Assembly: GCA_963706595.1 (NCBI GenBank)
Contig: OY970166.1
Coordinates: 2,624,001 to 2,688,000, forward strand
Reading direction: 5' to 3'
DNA: 64,000 nt
DNA from: an uncultured cyanobacterium
GTDB taxonomy: Bacteria; Cyanobacteriota; Cyanobacteriia; Cyanobacteriales; Nostocaceae
This document shows, piece by piece, positions 42,411 through 51,806 of this stretch. Each line of letters starts with the position of its first letter. Position 1 is the first letter of the stretch. The translations under genes were made by a program, and so were the position numbers. Below the pieces are notes generated by a model. The model was not told the origin of the DNA and made no database searches. It saw only the letters and a program-made list of their open reading frames with translations.

Positions 42411-42833
42411 ATGGTTACTGATTCCCATGTGAAAAACTTAGTTAAAATTTTGATAGGTGCGGCTTGGATTGATGGTAAAATCCAGCCTGAAGAACGGCAA
42501 TATTTGCGGGAAATAGCTCAAGCAAAGGGTTTGGCCACAGACCCAGAGATTAAGCCTTGGCTATACGAATTGGTTCCTGTGCGACCACAAGAATGTTATG
42601 CTTGGGTCGAAGAATATTTAGGCGATCGCCCCAGCCTGGAAGATTGCGAAAATCTCATCGAGGCTATTAGTGGATTAATTTACAGTGATGGCGAAGTAGC
42701 TGTAGAAGAAGCACGACTGCTGACCAAACTACAGAATTTAGCAAAGCTGAATGAATCTACTCAACCAGCTCACACAGGGTTGCTGAAGCAAATTCAACAG
42801 CTTTATCGTCGCTGGGTTGATGTCCAAAACTAA
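42411..42833 (+). CDS. TerB-like protein
   Basis: AAWIDGKIQPEE and LIYSDGEVAVEE repeated motifs. Confidence 0.8.
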   Translation: MVTDSHVKNLVKILIGAAWIDGKIQPEERQYLREIAQAKGLATDPEIKPWLYELVPVRPQECYAWVEEYLGDRPSLEDCENLIEAISGLIYSDGEVAVEEARLLTKLQNLAKLNESTQPAHTGLLKQIQQLYRRWVDVQN

Positions 42834-42839
42834 CACCAG

Positions 42840-42879
42840 AGTTATCAGTTATCAGTTATTAGTTATCAGTCATCAGTCA
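42840..42879. repeat. STRR (AGTTATC)n with an inverted partner at ~43002-43032
   Basis: agttatcagttatcagttattagttatcag ... tgataactgttaactgttcactg. Confidence 0.7.
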
Positions 42880-43033
42880 AGAGAGATAACTGGGTTTAAG
42901 TCCCCCAGTATATCCGCGTTAACTGACAATTGAAAACTCATAACCCAAAGCCGATTATTGGTAGGCGTTGATGGCGGTTATAAATCCCCCACCTTATGCC
43001 TTGATAACTGTTAACTGTTCACTGTTTACTGAT

Positions 43034-43261
43034 TTAAGACTTCGGTTCACCCACCCCCGGAGTTTCTTCTTTTTCAACTTTTGGGACAAAATCAGGACGG
43101 TCTTTGCTTTCCCAGCCAGCAGGTCGTTTAGAGTTGTACCAAGCGATAGAACCAATGGTGACAGCAGCAATAAAGCCAACTACATATACCAAAGTAAAAG
43201 CTAAAGGAAAATGGGAACCTTTATCTACTACTTCAGCAGCCGTTTGCATCAATAAATTCAT
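43034..43261 (-). CDS. psb35: Photosystem II assembly factor Psb35-like
   Basis: Single TM helix followed by IAWYNSKRPAGWE. Confidence 0.7.
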   Translation of the reverse strand: MNLLMQTAAEVVDKGSHFPLAFTLVYVVGFIAAVTIGSIAWYNSKRPAGWESKDRPDFVPKVEKEETPGVGEPKS

Positions 43262-43461
43262 GAGTATATTATCCTATTGTGATCAACATTACTTAAGAGG
43301 CTATAGAAAGAGCGTATCACTTACATCCACCCCAAGTTTGAATGACTTGATGTCATCTGGGAGATATTGGCTTGAGAAAATAGACCTTCTTTGATGAACG
43401 AGACCGACACCAAAGCTAGAAATCATCCATAAAATAGAATAAATAGTCAATTACAGTCAAG

Positions 43462-43875
43462 ATGGCTCACTACCAAAAACTCCTAAAAATTTCTACTACC
43501 GGCAAAAATTTTCAGAATATCACTGCAAAAATTGCCGCCGCAGTTGCAGAGTCTGGGGTAGAAACTGGACTTTGTACCTTGTTTTTACGCCACACCTCCG
43601 CCAGTTTAGTCATACAAGAAAATGCTGACCCAGATGTACTGGTGGATTTAGCCAACTTTATGGCAAAATTAGTGCCAGAATCAGCCAAATATATCCACGA
43701 TGCCGAAGGTGCAGACGATATGCCAGCACATATACGCACAGCACTCACCCATACCTCAGAACATATTCCCATAAATCGTGGTCATTTAGTCCTGGGAACT
43801 TGGCAAGGTATTTATATTTGGGAACATCGTCAGCGTAGTCATACCAGAGAATTAGTTATCCATATTTCTGATTAG
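43462..43875 (+). CDS. yjbQ: YjbQ (UPF0047) family protein
   Basis: HTSASL..ENADPDV, HDAEGADDMPAH and LGTWQGI motifs. Confidence 0.9.
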   Translation: MAHYQKLLKISTTGKNFQNITAKIAAAVAESGVETGLCTLFLRHTSASLVIQENADPDVLVDLANFMAKLVPESAKYIHDAEGADDMPAHIRTALTHTSEHIPINRGHLVLGTWQGIYIWEHRQRSHTRELVIHISD

Positions 43876-44043
43876 GGAGTGGGGAGAAGAGGCAGGGGGG
43901 AAGGGTGCAGGGTGCAGGGGGGAAGAAGCAGGGGGGCAGGGTGCAGGGGGGCAGGGTGCAGGGGGGCAGGGTGCAGGGTGCAGGGTGCAGGGGAGAAGAT
44001 TGTTACTTCCCAATGACCAATGACTAATGACCAATGACTAATG
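43876..44043. repeat. G-rich STRR (GGGTGCA/GGGGGCA)n followed by (CAATGAC)n
   Basis: Visible tandem heptamers. Confidence 0.88.
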
Positions 44044-44159
44044 CTGTAAATGTATCAATTTGTAAAGCTAAATATGAAATTAATTTGGATTTAATTAATA
44101 ATTAAAAGTTGGGCAAGATAAACTTATATTTTGATATGTTCAGGCTATTTGAATATACT

Positions 44160-44909
44160 ATGAAGCATGACCTGAAGCCAAATCACCTTTTTCAATGCCT
44201 TGACGAAATTTTAGCCCAACAGTCTGTTAATCTCTTAACTCTCAACCCCCAAAAGACTTTAATCACCAGTTTTGTAGAACTAGAAAAATTAATAACTGCA
44301 AAAACCACAAACCAGGAAATTATTTTTGCCTTGCGGGATACTTTGGAACTCATAGTTTATGCCCAGGTGCAAAATTTCCCAGAAAATATCTTCTGGGATT
44401 TTGATTTTATGGTGAGTAGTATGGTTAGACAAGCTTTAGTCGCAGATGAAGGTGCTATTTCTTTTTTAGCAAGCTTCAGTAATAAAATGGTCTTGCTAAT
44501 AGAGTTATTCGGCATTAAAAAAGAAATTCGCTTCCGCTATGTTCACGATTTTATCTATGGGTTTGATTGGGCAAGATGGGTACAAAAAGAACCACAAACT
44601 CGCTCACATTCAGAGCCTTTTAGCTTAATGTTTTTAGATGATTTGCTGATGAAGGGTGAAAAACTTGTCAAACATATCAATTATGGTCAGGTGACATCTT
44701 ATAATCTTAGTAATACAGGATATCGTAATCCCTTCGACTTTTCCCGTGAACCAGAAGATGAACACTTGCTGCTAACTTCTTTAGCTAGAGAAAAACTTAT
44801 CCCTGTGGAAGCATGGAACTGGGATACCAGCCCGGTGTGGAACCTACCCTTCCAAGAAATGCGCCAGCAGTTAGCATTAAAGTTAAACATTCAACCCCAG
44901 AGACACTGA
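44160..44909 (+). CDS. Conserved hypothetical protein
   Basis: ORF with FPENIFWDFD, FRYVHDFIYGFDWARWV and YRNPF motifs; its stop overlaps the next start (TGATG); start uncertain (44136 or 44160). Confidence 0.75.
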   Translation: MKHDLKPNHLFQCLDEILAQQSVNLLTLNPQKTLITSFVELEKLITAKTTNQEIIFALRDTLELIVYAQVQNFPENIFWDFDFMVSSMVRQALVADEGAISFLASFSNKMVLLIELFGIKKEIRFRYVHDFIYGFDWARWVQKEPQTRSHSEPFSLMFLDDLLMKGEKLVKHINYGQVTSYNLSNTGYRNPFDFSREPEDEHLLLTSLAREKLIPVEAWNWDTSPVWNLPFQEMRQQLALKLNIQPQRH

Positions 44910-45568
44910 TGAAAGCATTTGTAGCCGGAGCAACAGGTGAAACAGGTCGCCGCATTGTCGAAGAACTCATAGCCCGCAATATTCCCGTGCGGGCTATGGT
45001 CAGAGATTTAGAGAAAGCTAGAGCTATTTTTCCTCCTGATGTCGAGTTAGTTGTGGGCGATGTCTTAGAAGCACAAAGCCTGAATGCGGCTTTAGGAGAT
45101 AGTACAGTTTTGCTGTGCGCCACTGGTGCAAAACCCAGCTTTGACCCCACTGGCCCCTATAAGGTTGATTTTGAAGGGACTAAAAATTTAGTTGATGCTG
45201 CTAAGGCTAAGGGAATTGAGCATTTTGTCTTTGTATCTTCTTTGTGTGTTTCCCAGTTATTCCATCCGTTGAACTTGTTTTGGCTGATTTTGGTGTGGAA
45301 AAAACAAGCAGAGGAATACATTCAAAAAAGCGGTTTGACTTATACCATTGTCCGCCCTGGTGGTTTGAAAAATGAAGATAACTCTGATGCCATTGTGATG
45401 CAGAGTGCTGATACATTATTTGATGGTAGTATTCCTCGACAGAAAGTCGCTCAGGTTGCTGTTGAGTCTTTGTTTGAGCCAGCCTCACGGAATAAAGTTG
45501 TTGAGGTTGTGGCTAAACCAGATGCGACCTCGAAGAACTTGGGAGAACTATTCGCTAATGTTGTTTAA
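44909..45568 (+). CDS. Atypical SDR / NAD(P)H-binding protein
   Basis: MKAFVAGATGETG Rossmann motif; YTIVRPGGL. Confidence 0.9.
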   Translation: MKAFVAGATGETGRRIVEELIARNIPVRAMVRDLEKARAIFPPDVELVVGDVLEAQSLNAALGDSTVLLCATGAKPSFDPTGPYKVDFEGTKNLVDAAKAKGIEHFVFVSSLCVSQLFHPLNLFWLILVWKKQAEEYIQKSGLTYTIVRPGGLKNEDNSDAIVMQSADTLFDGSIPRQKVAQVAVESLFEPASRNKVVEVVAKPDATSKNLGELFANVV

Positions 45569-45732
45569 TTAGTTTTGTTGGGTTTGGCAAAGCCTCAACC
45601 CAACCTCCGAATATGGTATTTTTTCAAAATAATAGAAGAGCGCTAATTTCGGAAGAAAGCACTTTCTTTGTGAACTTTGTCGAAATAAGTGCGTCAATTA
45701 TTGTTGTTAGCGAAGATCGAATTTAAAGGAGT

Positions 45733-46431
45733 TTGACTCTGAAAGGCTTTAAACTCAAAGGCGTTGAGCCTCTGATTGGCCCTATCGCCGCACTGCTTGG
45801 CTTGGTCTATTTGTTGCAGTGGTACATACATGGTACATTGCGATCGCCTACCGATCCTGTATTTAGAGTCCAACAGCCGCCTTTGGTGATGCAAGGGGGT
45901 GATCCTCATATCCGCGCTTTGATGCGAACCATCTCAGCCAGTGAGGCTAATGGTCCTCGTCCTTATTCTCTTTTGTATGGTGGACAGCAGGTTAATAACC
46001 TCAGCCGTCATCCTGAGATATGCGTCACCATTGTCACAGGTCCAAATAAAGACAATTGTTCGACTGCTGCTGGTAGATATCAAATTATCAATAATACTTG
46101 GTTTGAAATCGCCCCTCGCTATCATCCCAACCCTCCCCAGCAGATGATGTTTTGGTCTGCGTATAGTTTTGAAGCAGAGTATCAAGATGTGGTGGTTTAT
46201 CGTTGGTTGAATGATACAAAGGTTTGGGGAACTGATATTTCTCAACTCTTGCAAAAGGGCAAAATTAACGACGTTTTGCGGCGGCTTTCTCCCACTTGGA
46301 CGAGTCTGGGATATGGTATCGAAACTAATTCAATTAGTAGCTCTTTGCCAAATATTTATGAGAAAATGTTGAAGGAAGAGTTAAAGGCTGCTAATCCACC
46401 AGCATCTACAATTACGACCCCCCAGCGTTGA
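45733..46431 (+). CDS. Membrane-anchored lambda-lysozyme-like muramidase/lytic transglycosylase
   Basis: N-terminal TM; ALMRTISASE, STAAGRYQI..TW, QD and WTSL motifs. Confidence 0.75.
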   Translation: MTLKGFKLKGVEPLIGPIAALLGLVYLLQWYIHGTLRSPTDPVFRVQQPPLVMQGGDPHIRALMRTISASEANGPRPYSLLYGGQQVNNLSRHPEICVTIVTGPNKDNCSTAAGRYQIINNTWFEIAPRYHPNPPQQMMFWSAYSFEAEYQDVVVYRWLNDTKVWGTDISQLLQKGKINDVLRRLSPTWTSLGYGIETNSISSSLPNIYEKMLKEELKAANPPASTITTPQR

Positions 46432-46501
46432 GTTTTAACAAACCACAACAGGCACAGAGAACACAGAGTTAGAGGGAAGAGGGGGAATTTTGCATGGTTT
46501 G

Positions 46502-46542
46502 TTGACACTCACTAATTAAATATGTATATTCAAAGTATATAC
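46502..46542 (+). promoter_or_regulatory. mazEF promoter with overlapping palindromic operator
   Basis: TTGACA (46502)-17 bp-TATATT (46525); GTATAT-N7-ATATAC at 46524-46542. Confidence 0.65.
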
Positions 46543-46627
46543 TTCAGGCAAAATCGTTGAGAGTGTTTCACTCCAAAAATTTTAGATTCAGGCGTGTGGA
46601 CTTTTCAGAAAATATTTGGAGCTAGCT

Positions 46628-46870
46628 ATGACAGCAGTTGTTGCTAAATGGGGAAATAGTTTAGCTATCCGGATTCCCAGAGCGGTAGCTGAACAAGCAC
46701 AGGTAACGGAAGGAACAGCTATAAATTTTACTGTCGAAGGTAATAGTATTGTACTTTTACCACAAAAACGAAAGAAATATACCCTTGATGAGTTACTTGA
46801 AGGTATGACTCCTGATAACTTTCATCCTGAATTTGAAACTGGAAATACGGTGGGTAATGAAGATTGGTAG
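46628..46870 (+). CDS. mazE: MazE/AbrB antitoxin
   Basis: KWGNSLAIRIP and YTLDELLEGMTPDNFH motifs. Confidence 0.92.
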   Translation: MTAVVAKWGNSLAIRIPRAVAEQAQVTEGTAINFTVEGNSIVLLPQKRKKYTLDELLEGMTPDNFHPEFETGNTVGNEDW

Positions 46871-47304
46871 TTAAACCGTACTTTCCTGACAGAGGAGACA
46901 TTATCAAATTAGAATTTGGAGCCGTGCGGTTTACGGCTGATTCGATTCGGCGTGTATTTGCTCTTCAAGCGTCAGGAATGCCATTTGAGGATATTGCTAA
47001 GACATTAAACAATGAACTAGAACAACAAGGGCGTGAGCAAATTGGCTACCGCCCTGTTTTGGTAATATCTCCAATTAAATACAATCGAATGGCTTCTTTG
47101 GTTTTAGCTTGTCCCATAACTAGCACTTCAAAAGGGCTTAATTTTGAAGTTCCACTTGTTGAGGAAATGCAAACAAAAGGAGTTGTGTTAGCCGACCAAA
47201 TTAAAACATTTGATTGGAAAGCTAGAAAGGTAAAATTTGTTGAAAGTGTTGGACAAGATTTAATAGAAGAAGTACAGGCAAAACTCGAAACTTTAATTAT
47301 ATAA
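46864..47304 (+). CDS. mazF: MazF/PemK toxin with internal insertion
   Basis: PDRGDII, GREQIGYRPVLVISP, CPITS and DQIKTFDWKAR motifs; overlaps the mazE stop. Confidence 0.88.
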   Translation: MVVKPYFPDRGDIIKLEFGAVRFTADSIRRVFALQASGMPFEDIAKTLNNELEQQGREQIGYRPVLVISPIKYNRMASLVLACPITSTSKGLNFEVPLVEEMQTKGVVLADQIKTFDWKARKVKFVESVGQDLIEEVQAKLETLII

Positions 47305-48108
47305 GATAAAATATTTCATGTTTTTTACAAATTCTTCAGTATTTTCTAAGTGAATGTTATGCCCAGCATGATTGATTATTTTTAGCTGGGAAAGTTTACA
47401 TTTTTGAGCTATTTCTGTATTGATATCTATAAATTTTTGATCATATTCGCCGCTTAATAAGAGCAAAGGTGTTGTATTTTGGTTGAGTTGGTTCCATAAG
47501 GAAGGTTGATTTCCAGTTCCCATAAATTGCAATGATTTAGTTAGTTCGATTGGATGATTTTGCAAACGACTTTCTAAGATACTTTCAAAGTTGGGATGAT
47601 TTTTGATTGCGCCAAAGATTGGCTGATTATACCAATTTTGTAAAAAAATAGTAAAATCTGCTTTGGTAATACTTCTTGCTAGTTTCCTAGCAATTTGGGC
47701 ATCATTTTTAACTCTTGCTAATCTTTCTCTTTCTGTTGCTAAACCTGGGGATGCTGATTCTAGGACAACTTTAGCAAAACGCTCTGGGAAATGTAGAGTC
47801 AAATATAAGGCTAATCTTCCACCCATTGAATAACCTACTAAGAAGCATTGGTTAATTTTTAACTTGTCTAATAAGTTAATTAAAGCATTAGCTGTATTTG
47901 CCATTGTATAGTATTCATCCCCACCTAATACTTGAGTGTTTCCATGTCCGGGAAGGTCAATTGTGAGAAATGAAAATTCTTCAGCTAGTATTTTGATGGC
48001 TTCGTCAAATTCATGAATATTACCCATAAAACCATGCAGAAACAGAATAACTGGTTTGTTGGGATTGTTAATTAAAGAATAATAAAGTTTATAATTTCCT
48101 AATCTCAT
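47293..48108 (-). CDS. menH: SHCHC synthase (alpha/beta hydrolase)
   Basis: LHGFMG, DLPGHG, GYSMGGR, ESASPG, WYNQPIF, DQKF and GHNIH motifs. Confidence 0.85.
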   Translation of the reverse strand: MRLGNYKLYYSLINNPNKPVILFLHGFMGNIHEFDEAIKILAEEFSFLTIDLPGHGNTQVLGGDEYYTMANTANALINLLDKLKINQCFLVGYSMGGRLALYLTLHFPERFAKVVLESASPGLATERERLARVKNDAQIARKLARSITKADFTIFLQNWYNQPIFGAIKNHPNFESILESRLQNHPIELTKSLQFMGTGNQPSLWNQLNQNTTPLLLLSGEYDQKFIDINTEIAQKCKLSQLKIINHAGHNIHLENTEEFVKNMKYFILYN

Positions 48109-48278
48109 CGGGGAGTATCTTTAATGTATGATTTTGACTTACCCAGAGGCAGGGTATAAAAAAACGAACCGCAAAGGACACAAAGTAAAGAGGGTTGGAA
48201 AGGGTTTTTTCGTCAGTACCGGATGTTTTTGGAAAGTTGGGATTGTTGAAAATTAGCTTATTCACAGAATTTCCAAAT

Positions 48279-49985
48279 TTAAATACCGTGACTTTTACCA
48301 ATTACCCAATTACGCCGGAAAAATCTGGCTAAGGCTGGTTCTTCTAAGGATAAATAAATGGGACGACCGTGGGGACAGGTGCGGGGGTTGCGAGTGCGTT
48401 GCCATTGATCTAATAATGTCTGCATTTCTGGCATGGTCATGGGTGTACCATTACGAATAGCACTGCGACAGGCGACGGCTACTTGGGCTACTTGTAAGTC
48501 TCCTCCCCAACTGAGTTCTAAAATTGCGTCTGCACTGTCTTCTCGCTGTTGCAAAAGTGCGGGTATGGTGCGAATTGCCCAAAGTTGTTCGCCGAAGGGT
48601 TCTATATCTAAACCAATTCTTTGCAGTTGTGATACTTGCGCTGGTGATATTTGATAAAGAATGATGGCGGGTTCAATGGGTACAAGTTGCCAGTGATCAC
48701 AGATTTGCTCATATAATACTCGTTCATGGGCTATATGTTGTTCTACTAACCACATACCATTGGGATGTTCTACTACTATATAGGTGTTGCTGAGTTGCGC
48801 GATCGCCTTTACAGAAAGCTGATTATTATTTTCTTCAGGGGTATTTTCAGGATTAACGTGATAACCGCCTTTAGCTTCTGCGGCTTTGAGTATTTTACTG
48901 ACTCTGGTTGTATGGACAGATTCTTTAAGATTGGCTGCACTTATGCGGAGTGCTTGGTCAATTGCTTGGGTAATTTGTTCTTGCCAATAACCAATTTCAT
49001 TCAGATAAATTTCGCTTTTGGCGGGGTTCCGATTCCAGTTAATTTGGTCAGGAGAAATGGTCAGATTTAATAAACAAATCGGATAGCGATCGCGTGGTAA
49101 TGTTCTATGAAATGCTGATAGAATTGTTTGCTCTAATTCTGGCGATTTTACCATGCGGCCGTTAATTGCTACCCGCACCCAATCAGGGCGGCGACGATGA
49201 CATCTATCAGGTAAGCCTACAACTAAATTGAGACAAGAGGAGACGCGATGAGAGGAGACGCGATGAATCGCGTCTGTACAAGAGGGCTGGGGGTTGGGTA
49301 TTTCTAGGTTGATTTCGTTTAAGTCGCCTTGTCGCACTTGGGGGAGAATTTGCGGTAGGAGTTGTGCAGTGGAAGCTGCGAGAGAGATACTGAACCATTG
49401 GCGGTCATTTTGCCAAACTTGCCAAGTCACATGGGGGTGACACAGGGCGATTTGTTGAATTGCTAATTGTACGCCTCGCATTTGCTGGGCGGCTGTGGGT
49501 AAACCTTGACGACGCACGGCACAATTACCGAAGAGATCAGAAACTGTCACCACTGTACCAGGTGCGATCGCAGTTGCTTCAAATTCTACAGCTTTGCCAC
49601 TGTCACCATAAACAACCCGCCAGCCCACGTTTCCGCCCGGTGGACGGCTCAAAATCTCCAAATCTGCCAAAGTTGTCAAACTGTGCAACGCTTCACCGCG
49701 AAAGCCCAAACTGTTAATCTTCCATAAATCTTCACTAGAGCGAATTTTGCTGGTACTGTGTGCTAGGGCGGCTTGTTGCAAGTTATATTCGTCCATTCCG
49801 CAACCGTTATCTGCAACGCGAATGCGCCACTGCTGCGGCCAAAGAGAAACTACAATGCGGTTTGCGCCTGCGTCTAGGGAATTTTCTACCAATTCCCGCA
49901 CCACAGAAGCTAAAGAGTCAATTACCTCTCCAGCCGTAATCAGATATACGACTTCAGTCGGTAAAGCTTGAATAGTAGATGCCAT
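48279..49985 (-). CDS. mutL: DNA mismatch repair protein MutL
   Basis: AGEVI, ELVENSLDAG, DNGCG, HSTSK, LGFRGEAL, EQHIAHERVLYE, ACR and CPHGRP motifs. Confidence 0.95.
   Translation of the reverse strand: MASTIQALPTEVVYLITAGEVIDSLASVVRELVENSLDAGANRIVVSLWPQQWRIRVADNGCGMDEYNLQQAALAHSTSKIRSSEDLWKINSLGFRGEALHSLTTLADLEILSRPPGGNVGWRVVYGDSGKAVEFEATAIAPGTVVTVSDLFGNCAVRRQGLPTAAQQMRGVQLAIQQIALCHPHVTWQVWQNDRQWFSISLAASTAQLLPQILPQVRQGDLNEINLEIPNPQPSCTDAIHRVSSHRVSSCLNLVVGLPDRCHRRRPDWVRVAINGRMVKSPELEQTILSAFHRTLPRDRYPICLLNLTISPDQINWNRNPAKSEIYLNEIGYWQEQITQAIDQALRISAANLKESVHTTRVSKILKAAEAKGGYHVNPENTPEENNNQLSVKAIAQLSNTYIVVEHPNGMWLVEQHIAHERVLYEQICDHWQLVPIEPAIILYQISPAQVSQLQRIGLDIEPFGEQLWAIRTIPALLQQREDSADAILELSWGGDLQVAQVAVACRSAIRNGTPMTMPEMQTLLDQWQRTRNPRTCPHGRPIYLSLEEPALARFFRRNWVIGKSHGI
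49233..49285. mobile_element. 45-bp in-frame small dispersed repeat insertion in mutL
   Basis: ACAAGAGG direct repeats at 49233-49240 and 49278-49285 around the hairpin AGACGCGAT-GA-ATCGCGTCT and a 15-bp tandem duplication. Confidence 0.75.
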
Positions 49986-50134
49986 AAATTACAGTTTAGG
50001 CGAGCAGTCAACCACTGAATAGAATAAGCATTTTTATTTACAATTCCACAGAATTTTTGATTTATTGTAAAGAAACTCAGGTTCTAGAAGGATTGTTGAT
50101 AGATTGCTTGTAAGGTTATCCGCGAGAAAAGGTT

Positions 50135-50470
50135 ATGATTAGTGATTTAGTTGCTGAAGTTCATGATCTAAAGTTTCGTCTGGAATGGGGACAACCAGCG
50201 TTTACAATCATCGATGTGCGCGATCGCCACACTTACAATTACAATCGCATCACAGGCGCAATCCAAATCCCCTTAGATGAATTAGTAAAACGCGCTAAAT
50301 CTGCACTACACCAAGAACGCCAGATTTATATCTATGGAGATAGCGACACACAAGCCGGCTATGCTGTGCAATTATTACGAGCTGCTGGGTTTAGTCATGC
50401 CACTGTCATTAGAGGCGGTATCACAGCCTGGAAAACAGTTGGTGGGGCTACAGAAGGGATAGCTGCTTAA
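50135..50470 (+). CDS. Rhodanese-like domain protein
   Basis: IIDVRD, ITGAIQIP and GGITAW motifs; no Cys in the active-loop region. Confidence 0.85.
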   Translation: MISDLVAEVHDLKFRLEWGQPAFTIIDVRDRHTYNYNRITGAIQIPLDELVKRAKSALHQERQIYIYGDSDTQAGYAVQLLRAAGFSHATVIRGGITAWKTVGGATEGIAA

Positions 50471-50591
50471 AGTTCCATACTCTAACACTCATCCTCAAAA
50501 TCTATGCGTACCTCCGCGTTAACTTAGCGTAACTCTGCGTTTAATCTTTCATGTGGGATAGGTATCCTACCCCACAAAATAAATCATTTCA

Positions 50592-51635
50592 CTAATCTGT
50601 GATCGACAAAACTTTCGGAAGTTCCGGTTTAAGTAGTCTGTTCAAAAGAGATGCAGGGGCTTGATTGTGAGGCCAAGCAAAAGCATGGCGAAAAGCTGCA
50701 TTTTGACAAGCTTGGAGTTGTTCAAAATTAATAATGTCGTAAGTCAAAAGATTTTCGTACTCAAACGGTAAACGCATATTATGCAGCCCAGCGTTATCCG
50801 TACAAATAGCAATATCTACCCCAGCTGCAAAACAACGGTCAAAAACTAATTTTAGTTGCCGGATATCCTGTAAAGTACCTGTTTTCAGGTAAGTTGTAGG
50901 ACAAACTTCTAAACACTGTCCTCTTTTCGCTATATCTGTTAATAACTCTGGAGATAATAGAGGAATTTGGATACCGTGACCAATTCGCATCAGGTAGGGT
51001 AAGAGTTTCGGGTGACAGCCATCGGTGGTTTCGTAAAGGTGTCCGGTGGTGTTTACGCCTTGCGATCGCGCATAATCATACAAGCTGACCCATTCTTCTA
51101 GACGTTCTTCATAATAGCGATCGCCCCCAGCCACATCAATCCCACAAACGTACTGTTTATTCTGCACAGCTAACTCAATTATTGCCCGATTCACCTCATA
51201 AGGTAAACGCGAGTGCATACAGAGAATTTGGCTCGTCACAATGGGATATTCTGGTAAATGACTAGCTTTGCCTACCACCGCCACAATTTCTGCCATCTTA
51301 TCAATTCTTTCGGTTTGACTCAGATGTTCCGGTGTGCGTAAGTATGGAGTATAGCGTAATTCTAAATAAGCCAAATTTTCAAAGATATAAGCACCACGCA
51401 ATAAGCGATAAATAAAGTAAGGTAAAGTTTCTACAGTTTGGACACTTTCTACCAAAGTGTGTAATTCTAAATACTCATCTAAAGTGTTGCGAGGACGGGT
51501 GTAAAAGTCTTCAAATTCCGAATATTCAGCAAAACGAGTAATTAAATCTGTAGCATGGCGCTCAAAGTATCGCCACAAAACGCGGGGAACAACGGAACCC
51601 CCCAGATGTCTATGTAACTCAGCATATAATGCCAT
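50592..51635 (-). CDS. Adenosine/adenine deaminase family protein
   Basis: ELHRHLGGS, HLYE, RIGHG, EVCPT and CTDN motifs. Confidence 0.85.
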   Translation of the reverse strand: MALYAELHRHLGGSVVPRVLWRYFERHATDLITRFAEYSEFEDFYTRPRNTLDEYLELHTLVESVQTVETLPYFIYRLLRGAYIFENLAYLELRYTPYLRTPEHLSQTERIDKMAEIVAVVGKASHLPEYPIVTSQILCMHSRLPYEVNRAIIELAVQNKQYVCGIDVAGGDRYYEERLEEWVSLYDYARSQGVNTTGHLYETTDGCHPKLLPYLMRIGHGIQIPLLSPELLTDIAKRGQCLEVCPTTYLKTGTLQDIRQLKLVFDRCFAAGVDIAICTDNAGLHNMRLPFEYENLLTYDIINFEQLQACQNAAFRHAFAWPHNQAPASLLNRLLKPELPKVLSITD

Positions 51636-51806
51636 AATGGTATTTTGTAAATATAAAGTTTATTAATTGTAACAAAAGCTATAAATAAAAAAATCTCTAC
51701 TTTTTACAAATTTTTGGGGATTAGAAACATAAAGTGCCTAAATTTAGTCAAATTAATTACAAAGTCACTAAATTTAGGTGATTACTGTTTATTTACAGCA
51801 AAATTC

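Noticed and set aside
43852..44034. 60-aa Pro/Cys-rich ORF
   Set aside because: Translation of STRR repeats
44813..44908. Long N-terminal extensions predicted for the SDR (also rsmB 40841, lipoprotein 34974, 24911, 51714)
   Set aside because: Family motifs or signal peptides begin at downstream starts; the extensions overlap neighbours or promoter DNA
45733..46431. Prophage lysis gene
   Set aside because: No holin, structural or integrase genes nearby; likely a cellular muramidase
51669..51682. NtcA box upstream of the deaminase (GTA-N8-TAT)
   Set aside because: Imperfect match in very AT-rich DNA; expected by chance
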